NCBI GenBank assembly: GCA_010015805.1
Contig: ML978129.1
Coordinates: 620,001-684,000 of the forward strand
Source of the DNA: Rhizodiscina lignyota
Taxonomy: Eukaryota
DNA: 64,000 nucleotides
Reading direction: 5' to 3'
How positions within the stretch are numbered: position 1 is the first letter of the stretch; each line of letters starts with the position of its first letter. Below are positions 12,624-24,630 of the stretch, in pieces. Position numbers and translations under genes: made by a program. The notes beneath the pieces are model-generated. The model worked only from the letters and a program-made list of their open reading frames with translations, was not told the origin of the DNA and made no database searches.

Positions 12624-14245
12624 GACACTTGCGATCTCGAGTACGTTAGTCGACGTCTCATACCAACTTCCTGCAGTCTATAACTATGTTCGAGTCTATA
12701 TCAGCTCCAGCAGTGTGGCGTCAATTTGCATCGAATGCATATTCTCCTTTGTTTTCTGTTTTTACTATCCATACACAGATACCCAGTCATGATATAGAGG
12801 TCGCAACAGAGGATGGGAAGGTCGTTTGTTTGTCTGATTTTCGTTTTCTTTCGAGTCGAGGCTGGGACCGGGGTCGCATGAATTTTGCTCGGGCGTGTTG
12901 CTGTAGCCGGATGGACTGTGGGGGTCGTATTTACACTTTTCCTCTATGCCATCTTGAAAAGCGATACGACGCCGCCGCATCTGGCACGAGGCGCTCTGGC
13001 AAGATGTATATACATTTTCCACGATCTCTCCCTTTTCCGGCCGTCCCAGTTGCAAAGGGGCGAGAGAAATACGATGACTCACGAAATGCGAAATCAGAAA
13101 GTCAGACTCTCCTGAGCATTCCCTGCGAGGCACTTCCGCATGTGTGACATTTGCACGTCCCGGGCAGGGATCTGCAACAAGGTGCGAAGCTTCGAAATTG
13201 TCCATCCATGCAGGGGTGCGGAGTTTGGGCAGGGCGCGGAAAAGGTTGAGATAGAATGTCGAGGCTGATCCAGGTAAGATACATCGTGTGGTACATGGTA
13301 ATGCGATTTGCGAAGTGCTGGCGAGGGACTGGAGCGGCCTCTATCACTGTTCAATGCGCTGCTATACGCAAGTTCGGCGGGGAGAGAGCTCTTTATGAAC
13401 TTGGCGAAATTGCTCAACGAGAACGCTTAAATGGATGTGGCTGAGAGCCGGCATTGAGCAGGCACAGAAGGAAGAGCGCCATGGCATCATAGATCCGGCT
13501 CGACACTATAAGCAGTGCGGCGGCCGACTGATTTTCTCCCAGCAGACCAATGGCAGGCGTCTGGGGAAGATTACTTGCGTTTCAGGTGCTTCGATGGCTG
13601 TTCTCTCGCATGACGAGGCTGCAGACGGGCTGCTTGAGGCTGCAACGGCACTGCCGCCTCCTGATCCATGCCGCACGCCGCCACCGTTGATTTGTGGGCC
13701 CGCACGCTCTCGTTGCTCTGCTGCAACACAGGCACGCCGCTGCCACATCTCGCTTGCTCGACCTTTTTGCTCCCAGCACCTCTGGCCCAGCACTCTGCCG
13801 ATCGTCAATTGTCGAACGCCCCTCTACTTAATTCACTTTCATAGCCTCTGACGTGCCTTCCATCGCCCAGCAACACCTCCTCCATTCCAGTAGTTCCCAT
13901 TCGCACGCGAGAAACCCGACAGAGCGTCAACGGATCGGCCCTCACCGAACCAAGCTTGTGCTACCACCAACCCAACGTCTTCGTCAATTGACGCACCGTT
14001 TCCCTTGCCGCCGTTCCATTGAACCTTGTGTCCAACGAGAGCCAGTGGGCGTGCAACGTAACACCGCCGGACGCGCGCACAATCATTGAACAGCATCGCA
14101 CAAGCGAACGCCCAGCCCAATTGCACTTTACCCCAGACACTTGAGCGTTTAGGCGCGGCTAGCGATTGGAGGACGCGACGCGGAGGATATTGGGACACAC
14201 TCGTTTTTGTTTGGTGCTGAGGCACACGCGCTATAAGGTTTCATC

Positions 14246-15271
14246 ATGGACGAGAACCACAAGATCACCATAACTGTGTGCGGCGACGGCGGTTGCGGTA
14301 AGCGCTACCTTTGATGGCCTGTGGGCCCAGCGATCCGAATTGGAGATGCAGAGATGCTGATCTGTGGGTTTCGCGGTGTAGGAAAGTCTTCGATAACGCT
14401 CCGGTTGGTCAGGAGTCAGTGGACGCATGAGTACGTGGATCGCACCTGTCCTGTTGCTGCGACTGCAGCTGTGTCGAGGACGATGTGGCTAACTTTATCT
14501 GTAGATATGATCCCACGATAGGTACGCGATTGAATTTGCATGCCGCCTTCAATCACACCTTCGGACGGAAATTTGGTATTGGACGTTCCACAGGCTAACA
14601 GACCGTCAACCACATAGAGGACTCGTACTCCGTAACACGCAATGTCGAAGGCCAAAACTACCTCCTTATGCTCACCGACACTGCCGGACAAGAAGAGTAC
14701 CGTGGTCTCTGGGCCGCATCGAACCTCAAAAGCGACGCCTTCCTCCTCGTCTATGACATCACGAACGCCAACTCGCTCGATGGCTTGGAGTACTTCACCG
14801 AGATGATTGACATGGAGACGGACAGGCGGACAGACTCCGGCGAGCTCCCTCCCATCAAGATCGTCGCGGGGAACAAGTGCGACTTGCAGAGCAACAGGCA
14901 GGTGAAGAGTCAGCAGGGATTGGAGTGGGCGAGGAAACACAGGTGTGGGTTCATGGAGACGAGTGCGAGGGAGATGGTCAATATTGAGGAGACGTTTGCA
15001 CGTAAGTTCCTGTCATTATTTCAGTCCGAGCGTCTTCAGTCAGAGTCGCTTACTTTCACCATCAGTGGTCGTAAGACGCGTTGTAGAAGCGCGGCGCATA
15101 CAAGCGACGGGCGGCACCATTCCCACTGCACCGACCACGAAGCTGCCGCCCGCCGGCTCGGCAGCAGCAGGGGCAATCTCAGAGAAGCCGCGAACGAGGA
15201 TAGACCCCAAGGTTGTGGAAGAGAGAAGGAAGAAGAGCGGCTTCTGGTCGAAGCTAAACTGCTGCGGCTGA
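14246..15271 (+). CDS. Ras-family small GTPase, 5 exons
   Basis: GDGGCGKS, YDPTIEDSY, DTAGQEEY, NKCD, ETSAR; exons 14246-14297, 14382-14430, 14505-14521, 14618-15001, 15066-15271. Confidence 0.92.
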
Positions 15272-16142
15272 GGCGCCGCCCTCTAGCCACTTCCCCTTTT
15301 TTCCTTGCTCTTGAATCATGCCCTGTTATGTTTAGACGTCTACATTTTCCTTTTGTTTTTAAACCTGCACACACTCTGGCGTTGGGTACAATTATACATA
15401 GCTTTCGGACGTAGAACGTCTGTCGCAGGGCGACCTGTTGGTTGGGCTTCTGGGGTCGCTGTGACGATATGCGGAGCGTGGAAAGGAAATGGCGGAAACA
15501 AAAGCGCTTGTACATATGTGTACATACATACATTTTGCTTTAATGCTCTACATAATAATCTGTACACACGGAAGATTCGCTAAAAGGTACTTGTTTTTGC
15601 TCGCAAGATGTTTGCAGAGTTCAATTATCAGTAATTGGCCAGTTTACCTTTGATGCTGGTGCTGGGAGAAATATATCTGTTGCTCTGGATGTATTCCCTG
15701 TTGGGTTTTTAGTGTTGCTGAGTCATGGAATTTTCGGTCATTTGATTTCGACAAATTCCACTTCTTCGTGTTCCCTTCCGAATGCTTCGCCTAAATACCA
15801 AAAATGGTATCAATATTCATGGTGACACCCCTCAATTCTGTTACGTCAATGTTTGCTGTTCAGATGTCGCTGGGTCTCTCGCCCAACGCACGTGATCGTG
15901 AGTCTCATTGGGAGCCCATATGACAACATTGCATCCACAAGTGGTGCGATTCGCCGAGCACGAGTCTCGCAAATGATACCATCTTATCACCCAAGATATC
16001 ACGTTAGCGCCCGGGACTAGATTAAGTCCCTTAAATGGAGCTGAGGAACCTAAAGAGTCCATTATCTTTCCATTTCAATCGCTTTCGCTGGTAAGAACAT
16101 AATAATTTCTAGGGTTGATTCCTTAAAGTCTTTCATATACCT

Positions 16143-17750
16143 ATGGCAGATGAAAAACATCACGACGCTCTAGTCGTCGGGACGGGGTTCGGTGGCTTGT
16201 ACGAGCTTTATCTCCTTAAGCAACTTGGACTGGATGTCATAGCCATCGATTCGGCAGGTGATGTAGGAGGAACGTGGTACTGGAATCGCTATCCCGGCGC
16301 GAGGAGTGATGTCGAAAGCTACGTCTATCGCTACTCCTGGGACAAGGAGTTGCTACAGAACTCTCCATGGCCACATAACTATTTACTCCGGGAAGAACTT
16401 CAGGCCTATTTCCAAGAAGTGGCACGCAAGAACGATCTCTATCCACTTATCCAGTTCAACACTGAGCTCGAAGCGGCAACGTGGGATGACACCACGTCTT
16501 TGTGGAACGTCAAAGTCAGCACCGGCGAAGTACTCACTGTCCGCTACCTGGTCACTGCAATCGGCATTCTGCACAAGAAGAATGTGCCGGATATCCCCGG
16601 ACTGAATACCTTCAAAGGACAGACTACACATAGCTCAACGTGGACTCCGGAACTCCAATACGAGAACAAACGCGTCGCCGTCATCGGAAGTGGTGCCTCT
16701 GGCGTGCAGATTGTCAGTGCACTCAGCGAAAAAGCTCAGTCAATGACACACTTCATCAGACACGCGCAATATGTTCTTCCGGCGTCGTATCGGCCAGTGT
16801 CTACAGAAGAAAGGACTCTGATCAACGAGCGATATGACAAGATCTGGCACGACGTCTTCACATCAGCCGTGGGATTTGGGTTTGCTGAGCCCAACAGACC
16901 GATTGATTCGGTGGCGCCGGCGGACCGCGAGATCATATTCCAAGATCTATGGGACCAAGGCAGCGGATTTCGGTTCCTGTTTGGGGGATTCTCGGACATC
17001 GCTACTAACGAAGCCGCAAACAAAGAGGCCATCAAATTCATCCACAAGAAGATCAAGGAGATTGTCAAAGACCCGCATAAGGCTGAGGTCCTCACATCGA
17101 CCGACTGGTTTGCCCGTCGCCCATTGACAGACGACAAGTATTATGACCGCTTCAATCAGGACAATGTCTTCGCTGTCGACCTGAAGAAGACCCCGATCAA
17201 ATCGATCGCGCCTGACGGGATTGAGACGGCTGATGGCAAGGTCCATCAGGTTGACTTGATCGTCTTCGCAACGGGTTTCGACGCCGCCGATGGCAGCTAC
17301 TACCGCGTCGACTTCAGGGTTCGCAAAGGGAAGAGCCTGAAGGACCATTGGGCCGACGGTCCGCGCACGCATATTGGCGCAATGACTTCGGAATTCCCCA
17401 ACCTGTTCATCGTGAATGGCCCCGGGGCGCCTTTTGCCAACAACCCGCCCGTCACGGAAGAAGGTGCTCGATTCGCCGCAGATCTCATTGCACATGCAGA
17501 GGAAATCCGCAAAAAGGGCATCGGTGCCGGAGTGGTTGAGAGCACGAAAGAGGCGGACGAGAAATGGCTGGAAGCATCGAAGCAGGTGGCGCAATTGACC
17601 TTGTTCTCGAAGACCCCCTCGTGGTTCTTTGGAGAAAACATAGAGAACAAGACTGTGTCTCCTCGGTTTTATTTCGGAGGCCTGAATAGGTTTCGTGCTG
17701 CGATTGCTCAGTCCAAGGCGGACGGATTCTCTGGCTTCACTTTCGGATAG
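16143..17750 (+). CDS. Type I Baeyer-Villiger monooxygenase (cyclohexanone monooxygenase-like), intronless
   Basis: GTGFGG, GGTWYWNRYPGARSD, fingerprint FKGQTTHSSTW, GSGASG, ATGFD. Confidence 0.93.
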   Translation: MADEKHHDALVVGTGFGGLYELYLLKQLGLDVIAIDSAGDVGGTWYWNRYPGARSDVESYVYRYSWDKELLQNSPWPHNYLLREELQAYFQEVARKNDLYPLIQFNTELEAATWDDTTSLWNVKVSTGEVLTVRYLVTAIGILHKKNVPDIPGLNTFKGQTTHSSTWTPELQYENKRVAVIGSGASGVQIVSALSEKAQSMTHFIRHAQYVLPASYRPVSTEERTLINERYDKIWHDVFTSAVGFGFAEPNRPIDSVAPADREIIFQDLWDQGSGFRFLFGGFSDIATNEAANKEAIKFIHKKIKEIVKDPHKAEVLTSTDWFARRPLTDDKYYDRFNQDNVFAVDLKKTPIKSIAPDGIETADGKVHQVDLIVFATGFDAADGSYYRVDFRVRKGKSLKDHWADGPRTHIGAMTSEFPNLFIVNGPGAPFANNPPVTEEGARFAADLIAHAEEIRKKGIGAGVVESTKEADEKWLEASKQVAQLTLFSKTPSWFFGENIENKTVSPRFYFGGLNRFRAAIAQSKADGFSGFTFG

Positions 17751-18604
17751 TTTTCAGTTGCAAAGTCGGTGGTCTGAGCCCACCTGCTCATGGATAAGTG
17801 CTGGTTCCATTATTCAAATGAATTGAGAGAGCTTCAACTACCGTGTCCAAATATTTGGCAGCAGGGCCAACCCGTACTGGACCGCGCGACGGTGGGTGAA
17901 TGCTCGGCAGAAATTGTGTTAACTGGACAATGATTTCAGTAGCCATGAGGTTGAACGCCCCAATCACCGATTGCCTAAATAGGTTTAGTAACGACTGAAA
18001 ATCTGATCTCGGCCTCCGCGACTTGCCTGGGTTATCCACACGTATTAACGTATGTTACAACGCCCAGAAGAAGCTGTAGTTAATCTGTACCGCAGACCTG
18101 GAGCCGCCCAGCAGTCCGGCTCTTTCCTCGGGATCCCTTCCCCTGAACTCCCCCGCATTTCGCCATGCCCCAACCTCGATCAACCACTCCAAATGGACGT
18201 ATTCCGCTCTCCATGCCGCTGCATGCCCTCCTCGATGGCCACTGAAATGACGACGTTGGATCTGGCACGGTCTCGTTCCGCTCTTCATCCCGCTATCCTA
18301 ACAACAACCTGGGAAGCTTGTAATTAAGCTTGAAAGCACTGGATGACACGAGTTGCTGCTGCCCACGAGTCGTCCATGAGTAGCGCTCGGGAATTCCGCA
18401 TCGTGGAGTCGCGGGCTTCCAAGGTTGTTCGCACGAGTCTGCTAGGTTTGTGAAGATCGCATGGTAGGAGAATTTGAATCTATTTGAGTGATCGTCGCCC
18501 TCTGCGATTGTCTCTTTGTGTCACGATCGCCTCGCCATTCTTCTCATCTCAATCCAATTCTTCCCAGTTCGTCTCTGCCTTCAATCAAGGCGTTTTCATT
18601 CAAG

Positions 18605-20339
18605 ATGCCTGTCACAGGGGCATTTGAGACCACGAAGGTGTCGATGGAGAAGGACGGCATCGTCCACGTGGACGATAAAGCGCTGGTCCGTGAAGTCCCC
18701 CTCGATCCAGTCGCGGAGAAGAAGCTTGTCAGAAAATGTGACCTTCGTGTGGTCCCAATTCTCTTTCTCCTCTTTCTTGCGGCTTTCCTGGATCGTGTAA
18801 ACATTGGTATGTCGGTGTTTGTAATTATAATCCACCATGACAACTGACATAGTTGAACAGGCAACGCAAAGATCCAGGGCATGATCGAGGACCTTCACAT
18901 GGCTGGACCGTCGGACTACAACATTGCGCTCTTCATCTTCTTCATTCCGTATATTCTCTTTGAAGGTACGCCTGCCAATACAGAGGTGAATATCTGGAGC
19001 TTACTTTTAATTAGTCCCATCGAATATCATCATTAAGCGCGTTGCGCCTTCAACATGGTTAAGTGCTATCATGGTCCTTTGGGGGATCGCCACAATCGGA
19101 CAAGGTCTTGTGACGACCTTCGGCGGCCTCGTTGCTTGCCGGTTTCTTGTCGGGTTGTTTGAAGCTGGCTTCTTCCCAGGTATGTATGCAGTATCCATGA
19201 ACGAGAGGGTGGTGCTGAATCGACAGGCTGCGTTTACCTCATTAGCATGTACTACAAGCGCTACGAGCTCCAGTGGAGGCTTTCACTCTTCTTCTCTGCA
19301 TCTATCCTCGCCGGTGCATTTGGTGGAGTAAGTTAGCAGACCTTGAAGCAGTAATCAAACTAACATTAATAAGCTTCTCGCCTACGCTATAGCACATATG
19401 TCTGGAGTAGCAAACTATGGTGGCTGGCGCTGGATTTTCATTATTGAGGGCCTTGCTACCGTTGTCATTGCCGTCGCCGCCAAGTTCGTCATAGTCGATT
19501 GGCCCGAGACCGCAAAGTTTCTCACCGAGGACGAACGGGAACTCTTGCTTGCGCGCCTTGCGGCAGACCAAGGAGAGGCGAAGATGAATCGCCTCGACAA
19601 AATGGCCGCCAAGCGGGCGTTCAAGGACTGGAAGATTTACTGTGCCGTGTTCATGTACATGGGTGTTGTCACGACGGGCTATGCAACATCCTTCTTCATT
19701 CCGACCATCATCACGGAGCTGGGGTACAAGGCCGAGGCCGCACAAGTCAGGAGCATTCCCATCTTTGTGGTTGCGACGGTGTGCTCGCTCTGCGCTGCTA
19801 TCGCTACGGATAAGCTGAGGCATCGATATGCGTTCACGATTGGTGGCGTCTGTCTCGCATCGATTGGCTATATCATGCTGCTGGCACAAAACGGCCTCTC
19901 CGCGGGCGTGAAATATTTCGCGCTGTTCTTGATTGTTGCAGGAGGGTATATCTGTCAGCCGGTTTGTCTGGTGTGGATTTCGAACAATATGGGTGGGCAT
20001 TATAAGCGGTCTATATCGTCCGCTATGCAAGGTAAGTAAACCATGAACTCAATAGTCAATAGAGCAGCAACTAACTAATAGTAAAAAGTTGGGTTTGGAA
20101 ATATCGGCGGTATAGTCGCATCGAACGTCTATCTCGCCCGAGAAGCGCCCAAGTACCCGACTGGCTACGGTGTCAGCCTCGGTTTCCTCTGGATGTGTGC
20201 AATCTGCTGCACGATCCTGTTCTTTGGACTGAAGTGGGAGAACAAGAAGCGTGATCGGGGCGAGAGAGACCACAGGCTTCAAGAGCCTGATGCAGACAAC
20301 TTGGGTGATGACCATCCTCATTTCAGGTTCACTTCGTAA
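18605..20339 (+). CDS. MFS transporter, allantoate/nicotinate (Dal5/Tna1-like) permease family
   Basis: EKKLVRKCDLRVVP, FLDRVNIGNAKI, RFLVGLFEAGFFPG, GWRWIFIIEG, NNMGGHYKRS, GDDHPHFRF; 5 introns. Confidence 0.92.
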
Positions 20340-21129
20340 ATTGGGCGTTCGCTAATATCAACACCCATTACTAATCGCTATACACATTTAACATCATCGT
20401 CCTCACATGACTTTTTATTGCAAAGTTGGACCTAATTGACAGTGTGACATAGATGTCGCAAGGGCTATTCTCACTGCCGACAATTTGTTACGAGACATCC
20501 GGCCTCTGCGACGACTGTACTGCTCAAGGGTTTGATCTCGGAGGTGTTGAGTCTGGCCAAGTCCCAAGCTTCGCAAGGTGACTCCTGCAATTCTCAAGCG
20601 CATGATTGCGGTAGCGTACAACTTTCATATGTCCCTCGTCGATAGCCCCGCACAGCCACGTCCATTCTTTTCAGGAGTATGCTTTCTCCCTCGTTTCCTC
20701 CAATGTGCGCAGAAGTTTGGAATCTGGTATGAATTACTCAGGCTCTTGGTACTCATTTCCTTCATGTCCTGACAATATCTCTCATACGGGCACAGCTTCA
20801 ACTGAGCTCAAATCTCGAGCGCCTTGCTAGCGACTATTGTACTAGATTGAAGAGCACGCAGCAGTTGATGATCTGAGCGTATGACTCGTTGCTTCTCTTA
20901 TCTCCACATATACACCAAGGTAGTACCACTTGACTGCGCGTTGGCCTCGCGACGCGCCAGCCTCATTGAAGCGTTCGCACTATCGCGACATGCGGCAGAT
21001 ATTGAATCATGAGGAGGGGCAAGTTGGCCCAAGTACTCTATAAATTGGGTTTCTCTCAACCTTTTTCACCTTCTCTTCAACACCTAACACCGTAAACACT
21101 CAAATCCACTTTCCACTGTACAGGTCACA

Positions 21130-21902
21130 ATGCCGCCTACTTGGGGCTACCCGGTGCCCCACCATGCTGTCGACATTGAGGCGAGAATCGCAGAGCTGTC
21201 GCTCCTGGTGACTCAGCACTTCCAGCTGACTACCGCTCGGCTGGAGCGCATCGAGGAACGTCTCGACGACATTGACAAGAGCATCCAGAACGTCGAGGGC
21301 GACACCGAACAGATAAGGGAAAGCGTGGGCTTAGATCTCGGAGAGTCTGTGGATACGATCATCGCGAACACCGAAGAGATTGTGAAGAGTGTCGGAGACG
21401 ACCTTGAAGAAGCCGTGCGAGAAGTCCTGACGGGCGTCGAAGACGTCAAGGGCGAGTTGGAGAACATGGATGCGCCTGAGGGAGTGGGCGAGCAGATCAA
21501 GGCTCTGTAAGTGAAGCGAGGGCCGGAAGTGAGGTGATGCAGTTTGAGTTCCACCTTACTGATACAGCAGGGAAAAGGGAGCACAACCAGTGGGCGCGAG
21601 GCATCAACGGCCTCGTCAATCTAAAGGACCGGGAGCAAGTGCTGACGCCGCTTCACGATGAGAACAACCAAGAGGTCCGGCCCTTTCCGAGGACGGTGGG
21701 CAAGATGCTTCACATGCCTGGTCGGTGTCCAATCAAAGCGTGCCCCTATAACTGTTACTGATGACTTTGGATAGGCCAAGAGCTAGCCCGGTGCATACGC
21801 CAAATCGGAGGCACACCGCATTCCACTATGGACAAGAACAGGGTGAAATTCATGGCGATGATAGGATGCCGATTCAAGGTTCCTCACGCAACCGAGGTAT
21901 GA
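21130..21902 (+). CDS. Hypothetical ~215-aa protein: acidic coiled-coil stalk plus putative Mug135-like C-terminal domain
   Basis: Exons 21130-21506, 21578-21720 and 21775-21902 join in frame; TATAAA at ~21039; heptad-like segment followed by HNQWARGIN...LTPLH...PFPRTV...IGG...MIG. Confidence 0.6.
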
Positions 21903-22072
21903 GTCTACTGCTGGCTGGACAGGGATTGGATTGGGATTTCAGTTCGATTTGGATACAAAAAATACAAGAGCGGCTACGACTCTGCCAAGCATGGGTGTAA
22001 TGCAATGTCAAGCCTTTCCTTAAACCAATTTAACGCCGTCGCTATGCCTTGACTGCGAAAGAAACACCATGT

Positions 22073-24630
22073 TCACTCCTCGTCGTGCGCGTCCTCAACC
22101 GTTGCTGCTCGACCTTTGCCTTTGTCCACATGCCCTTCTGCAGAGCCGTTCGCTGTCTGAGCACTCTCCGCTTCGACCGAGTTTCCTTCCGCTGCCGCTG
22201 ATGAAGCTGGCTGTGGCGGTTCAGAACCATTCGGAACGCCACCAAAATTCCATGCTGGCACTGTAGAAGTTGGAAGACTAATACTTGCGGTGCCTTGACC
22301 TGCCACTGCCAAAGAGCCGGCGCCTTCTGAAAGAACAGATGTATTTGTTCCGGTACTAGGAGACAATGTTGACGTATTCGACGCGTGAGGGTGTGAATGT
22401 GGCTCTGTTGCTGGTGTTGGGGAAATAGCTGAGCCATTAACAGGAGCAGGTGGAGCGCTAGCGGAGGTCCGAAGGGGTTGGGAAGCTTGGTTTCTCTCGC
22501 CATTCGGTAGCTGGGGCATGGGTATCGTTGGAGCCATCTGGAAGGGATTCGCTTGATTGTTGCGGTTCAATGTATGCGGGGGATATGAATGGTGGAAGAG
22601 TGGCTGTATGGGCGCTGCCTGCTGTTGAGAGACTTCTGTACGTGTGAGAGGCACGACCGTCCAGCCTTCTGGTAAAGTCATCCCAGGTGGTAGGATGTCC
22701 TGCGCATCTGTCCCTGCTTGCGTGGTATTTGATGGGCCTGCGGCGGCAGTATTGTGGTCGCTATTTGGCACTGCAGGTGCCTGTAAGAGCTGAGGTATTT
22801 GCCCCTGATACACAACCTCCATCTGAGTCCGCATCGCACGTAGCCTATTGAGCTCCGCTTGAAGCGCTCTTATTGCCCCCAATTCATGCTGAGTGACATT
22901 GAGTAGCGCAATTTCCTGATTAATCTGACGCTCCATCTGGTAGAACTCAAACTCCATCGAAGCAGGATTATGAACATCCCATTGCTGATCTGATGGAGCT
23001 GATGTATTGACGGCATCCTGTTGAGGCTGCGCCTGCGCCTGTACCTGGTTGAGGAGGTTGTTTGGGCCGCCCTGTAGCTGCGCGGCGTTGCCCTGCAGTG
23101 TGCCCAGTACAAGGCGTAAACGACCAAAGTTGAAAGTGCGGAATTGGCCTTGATTTTGATTTTGGTTTTGATTTTGTGCATTGTTGGGTGCATTATTGTT
23201 TTGTGGATTTGCATTACCTTGTCCCGGAGCTTGGGCTTGAGCTTGGTTTTGGCCCTGAGCATGACCACCATGAGCGGCTTGTGGCCGTGCTCCAGGTTGA
23301 TTGGTGGTGGGCGCATCGTTGGAAAGAACAGACCGCCTACACGTTGGGCAAACTTGTTGACGTTCGAGCCAGCTTCGAAGGCAGCCAAAGTGTAGGATGT
23401 GTCCGCAAGGAAGCTTCTTCGGACGCAAGCGCTGTTCCATCTGTGCGCCACCTTGATCTGGGGCCTGCCAAAGATGCATCTCTTCTCTGCAGACAATGCA
23501 TGTATTTTCGCGTTCCAGCTCCTCTGGAGTGGCGTCGGGGTAGCGACCGTTCATGTCTTTTGTGGCGTTGCGGTACTGTATGAAGCTGTAGATGCGCTTG
23601 AGGAAGGAATGGAGGGTTACGTAGACGTCTCGAATGATGTGGATCGGGATGCCATGGAACAGCATGAGGATACTGAAGAATGCCAGGTAGACAACGAGTC
23701 GAAGGAAGTCTACAAGCTATCAGCGGCGCTGTGTGAAAGGACAATAATACTAACGTACCCGTTGTTAGATCAAGAGCAAAAACCCAGCGGCCCTTCTCTT
23801 CCCAACCTGGAACATCAACGTCATTCTCATCCACATCCTCCTCTCGAGGAAGATTTGCCAGAGCACTGGTCTGATCTGTTCCATTTGCAGTTGCTTCAGA
23901 TTGTGCGCGCTCCCTTTCCGCACGGATCTGCGCTTTCCGGGCTTCTATCCTCGTGGTAGTTTGCTTCTTGACAACCTGGATCTCCCGCAGCGAAATAAAG
24001 TATCGGAGAAGGTTCGACATGGCCGTTATCGTGAGGACTGCGAATTCGAAGGCGAACATGACCATCATTCCGGGCCGAGCTTCCTCCAAGACGGTGTCGA
24101 TGCAGTACTTCAGGAGTAGAAAGTTGAAGAGTAATGATACCCCAAGCGAAGCTGACAGTCGGGCGTGGAAAAGTCGCGGGTTCGCTGGTGGCTGTTGCTC
24201 CAGCATCTCGATCCGTCCTTCTGTTATCCATGCCCAGAGTCGTGCGACTACAAGGTTCGTGAGGATGAATAGGAACCACCCTCCAACATCATCTCTGAAT
24301 GTCATCATAATGAGGAGGGTCTCGGTGACCGATATCCATCCTCTCTCCCAGAGCCGCTCTCTCTCTACAATACGGAGTTGGCCGAACAGGAGGACTTGTA
24401 GTCCGTATATGATGGAGCCAAAACATAGCATCGCGAGGTTCAGGAGGATCATGTAGCATAACGGAGTTTGCGACAAGTAGACGGCAGCAGAGTAGAAGTT
24501 CGGTCGATCATGGAAGGCTTTCAGAATGACAGCTCCGGCCGCCGTCACAGAGGCCTATACAGCAATGTTAGTGGCGGAAGTACAGCTTTTAGAACAGGAT
24601 ACGTACGGCGGCGTAATATGTCAACCTCAT
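22073..24630 (-). CDS. HRD1: ERAD E3 ubiquitin ligase Hrd1
   Basis: RPNFYSAAVYLSQ N-terminus, TM region, RING-H2 CIVCREEM...PKKLPCGHILHFGCLRSWLERQQVCPTCR; 2 introns. Confidence 0.95.

Noticed and set aside
20400..20800. Possible gene relic between the MFS gene and the coiled-coil gene
   Set aside because: Only short interrupted frames on either strand; nothing identifiable.
23140..23260. Q/N-rich tract in Hrd1 as a prion-like domain
   Set aside because: Short, and low-complexity tails are ordinary after the Hrd1 RING.
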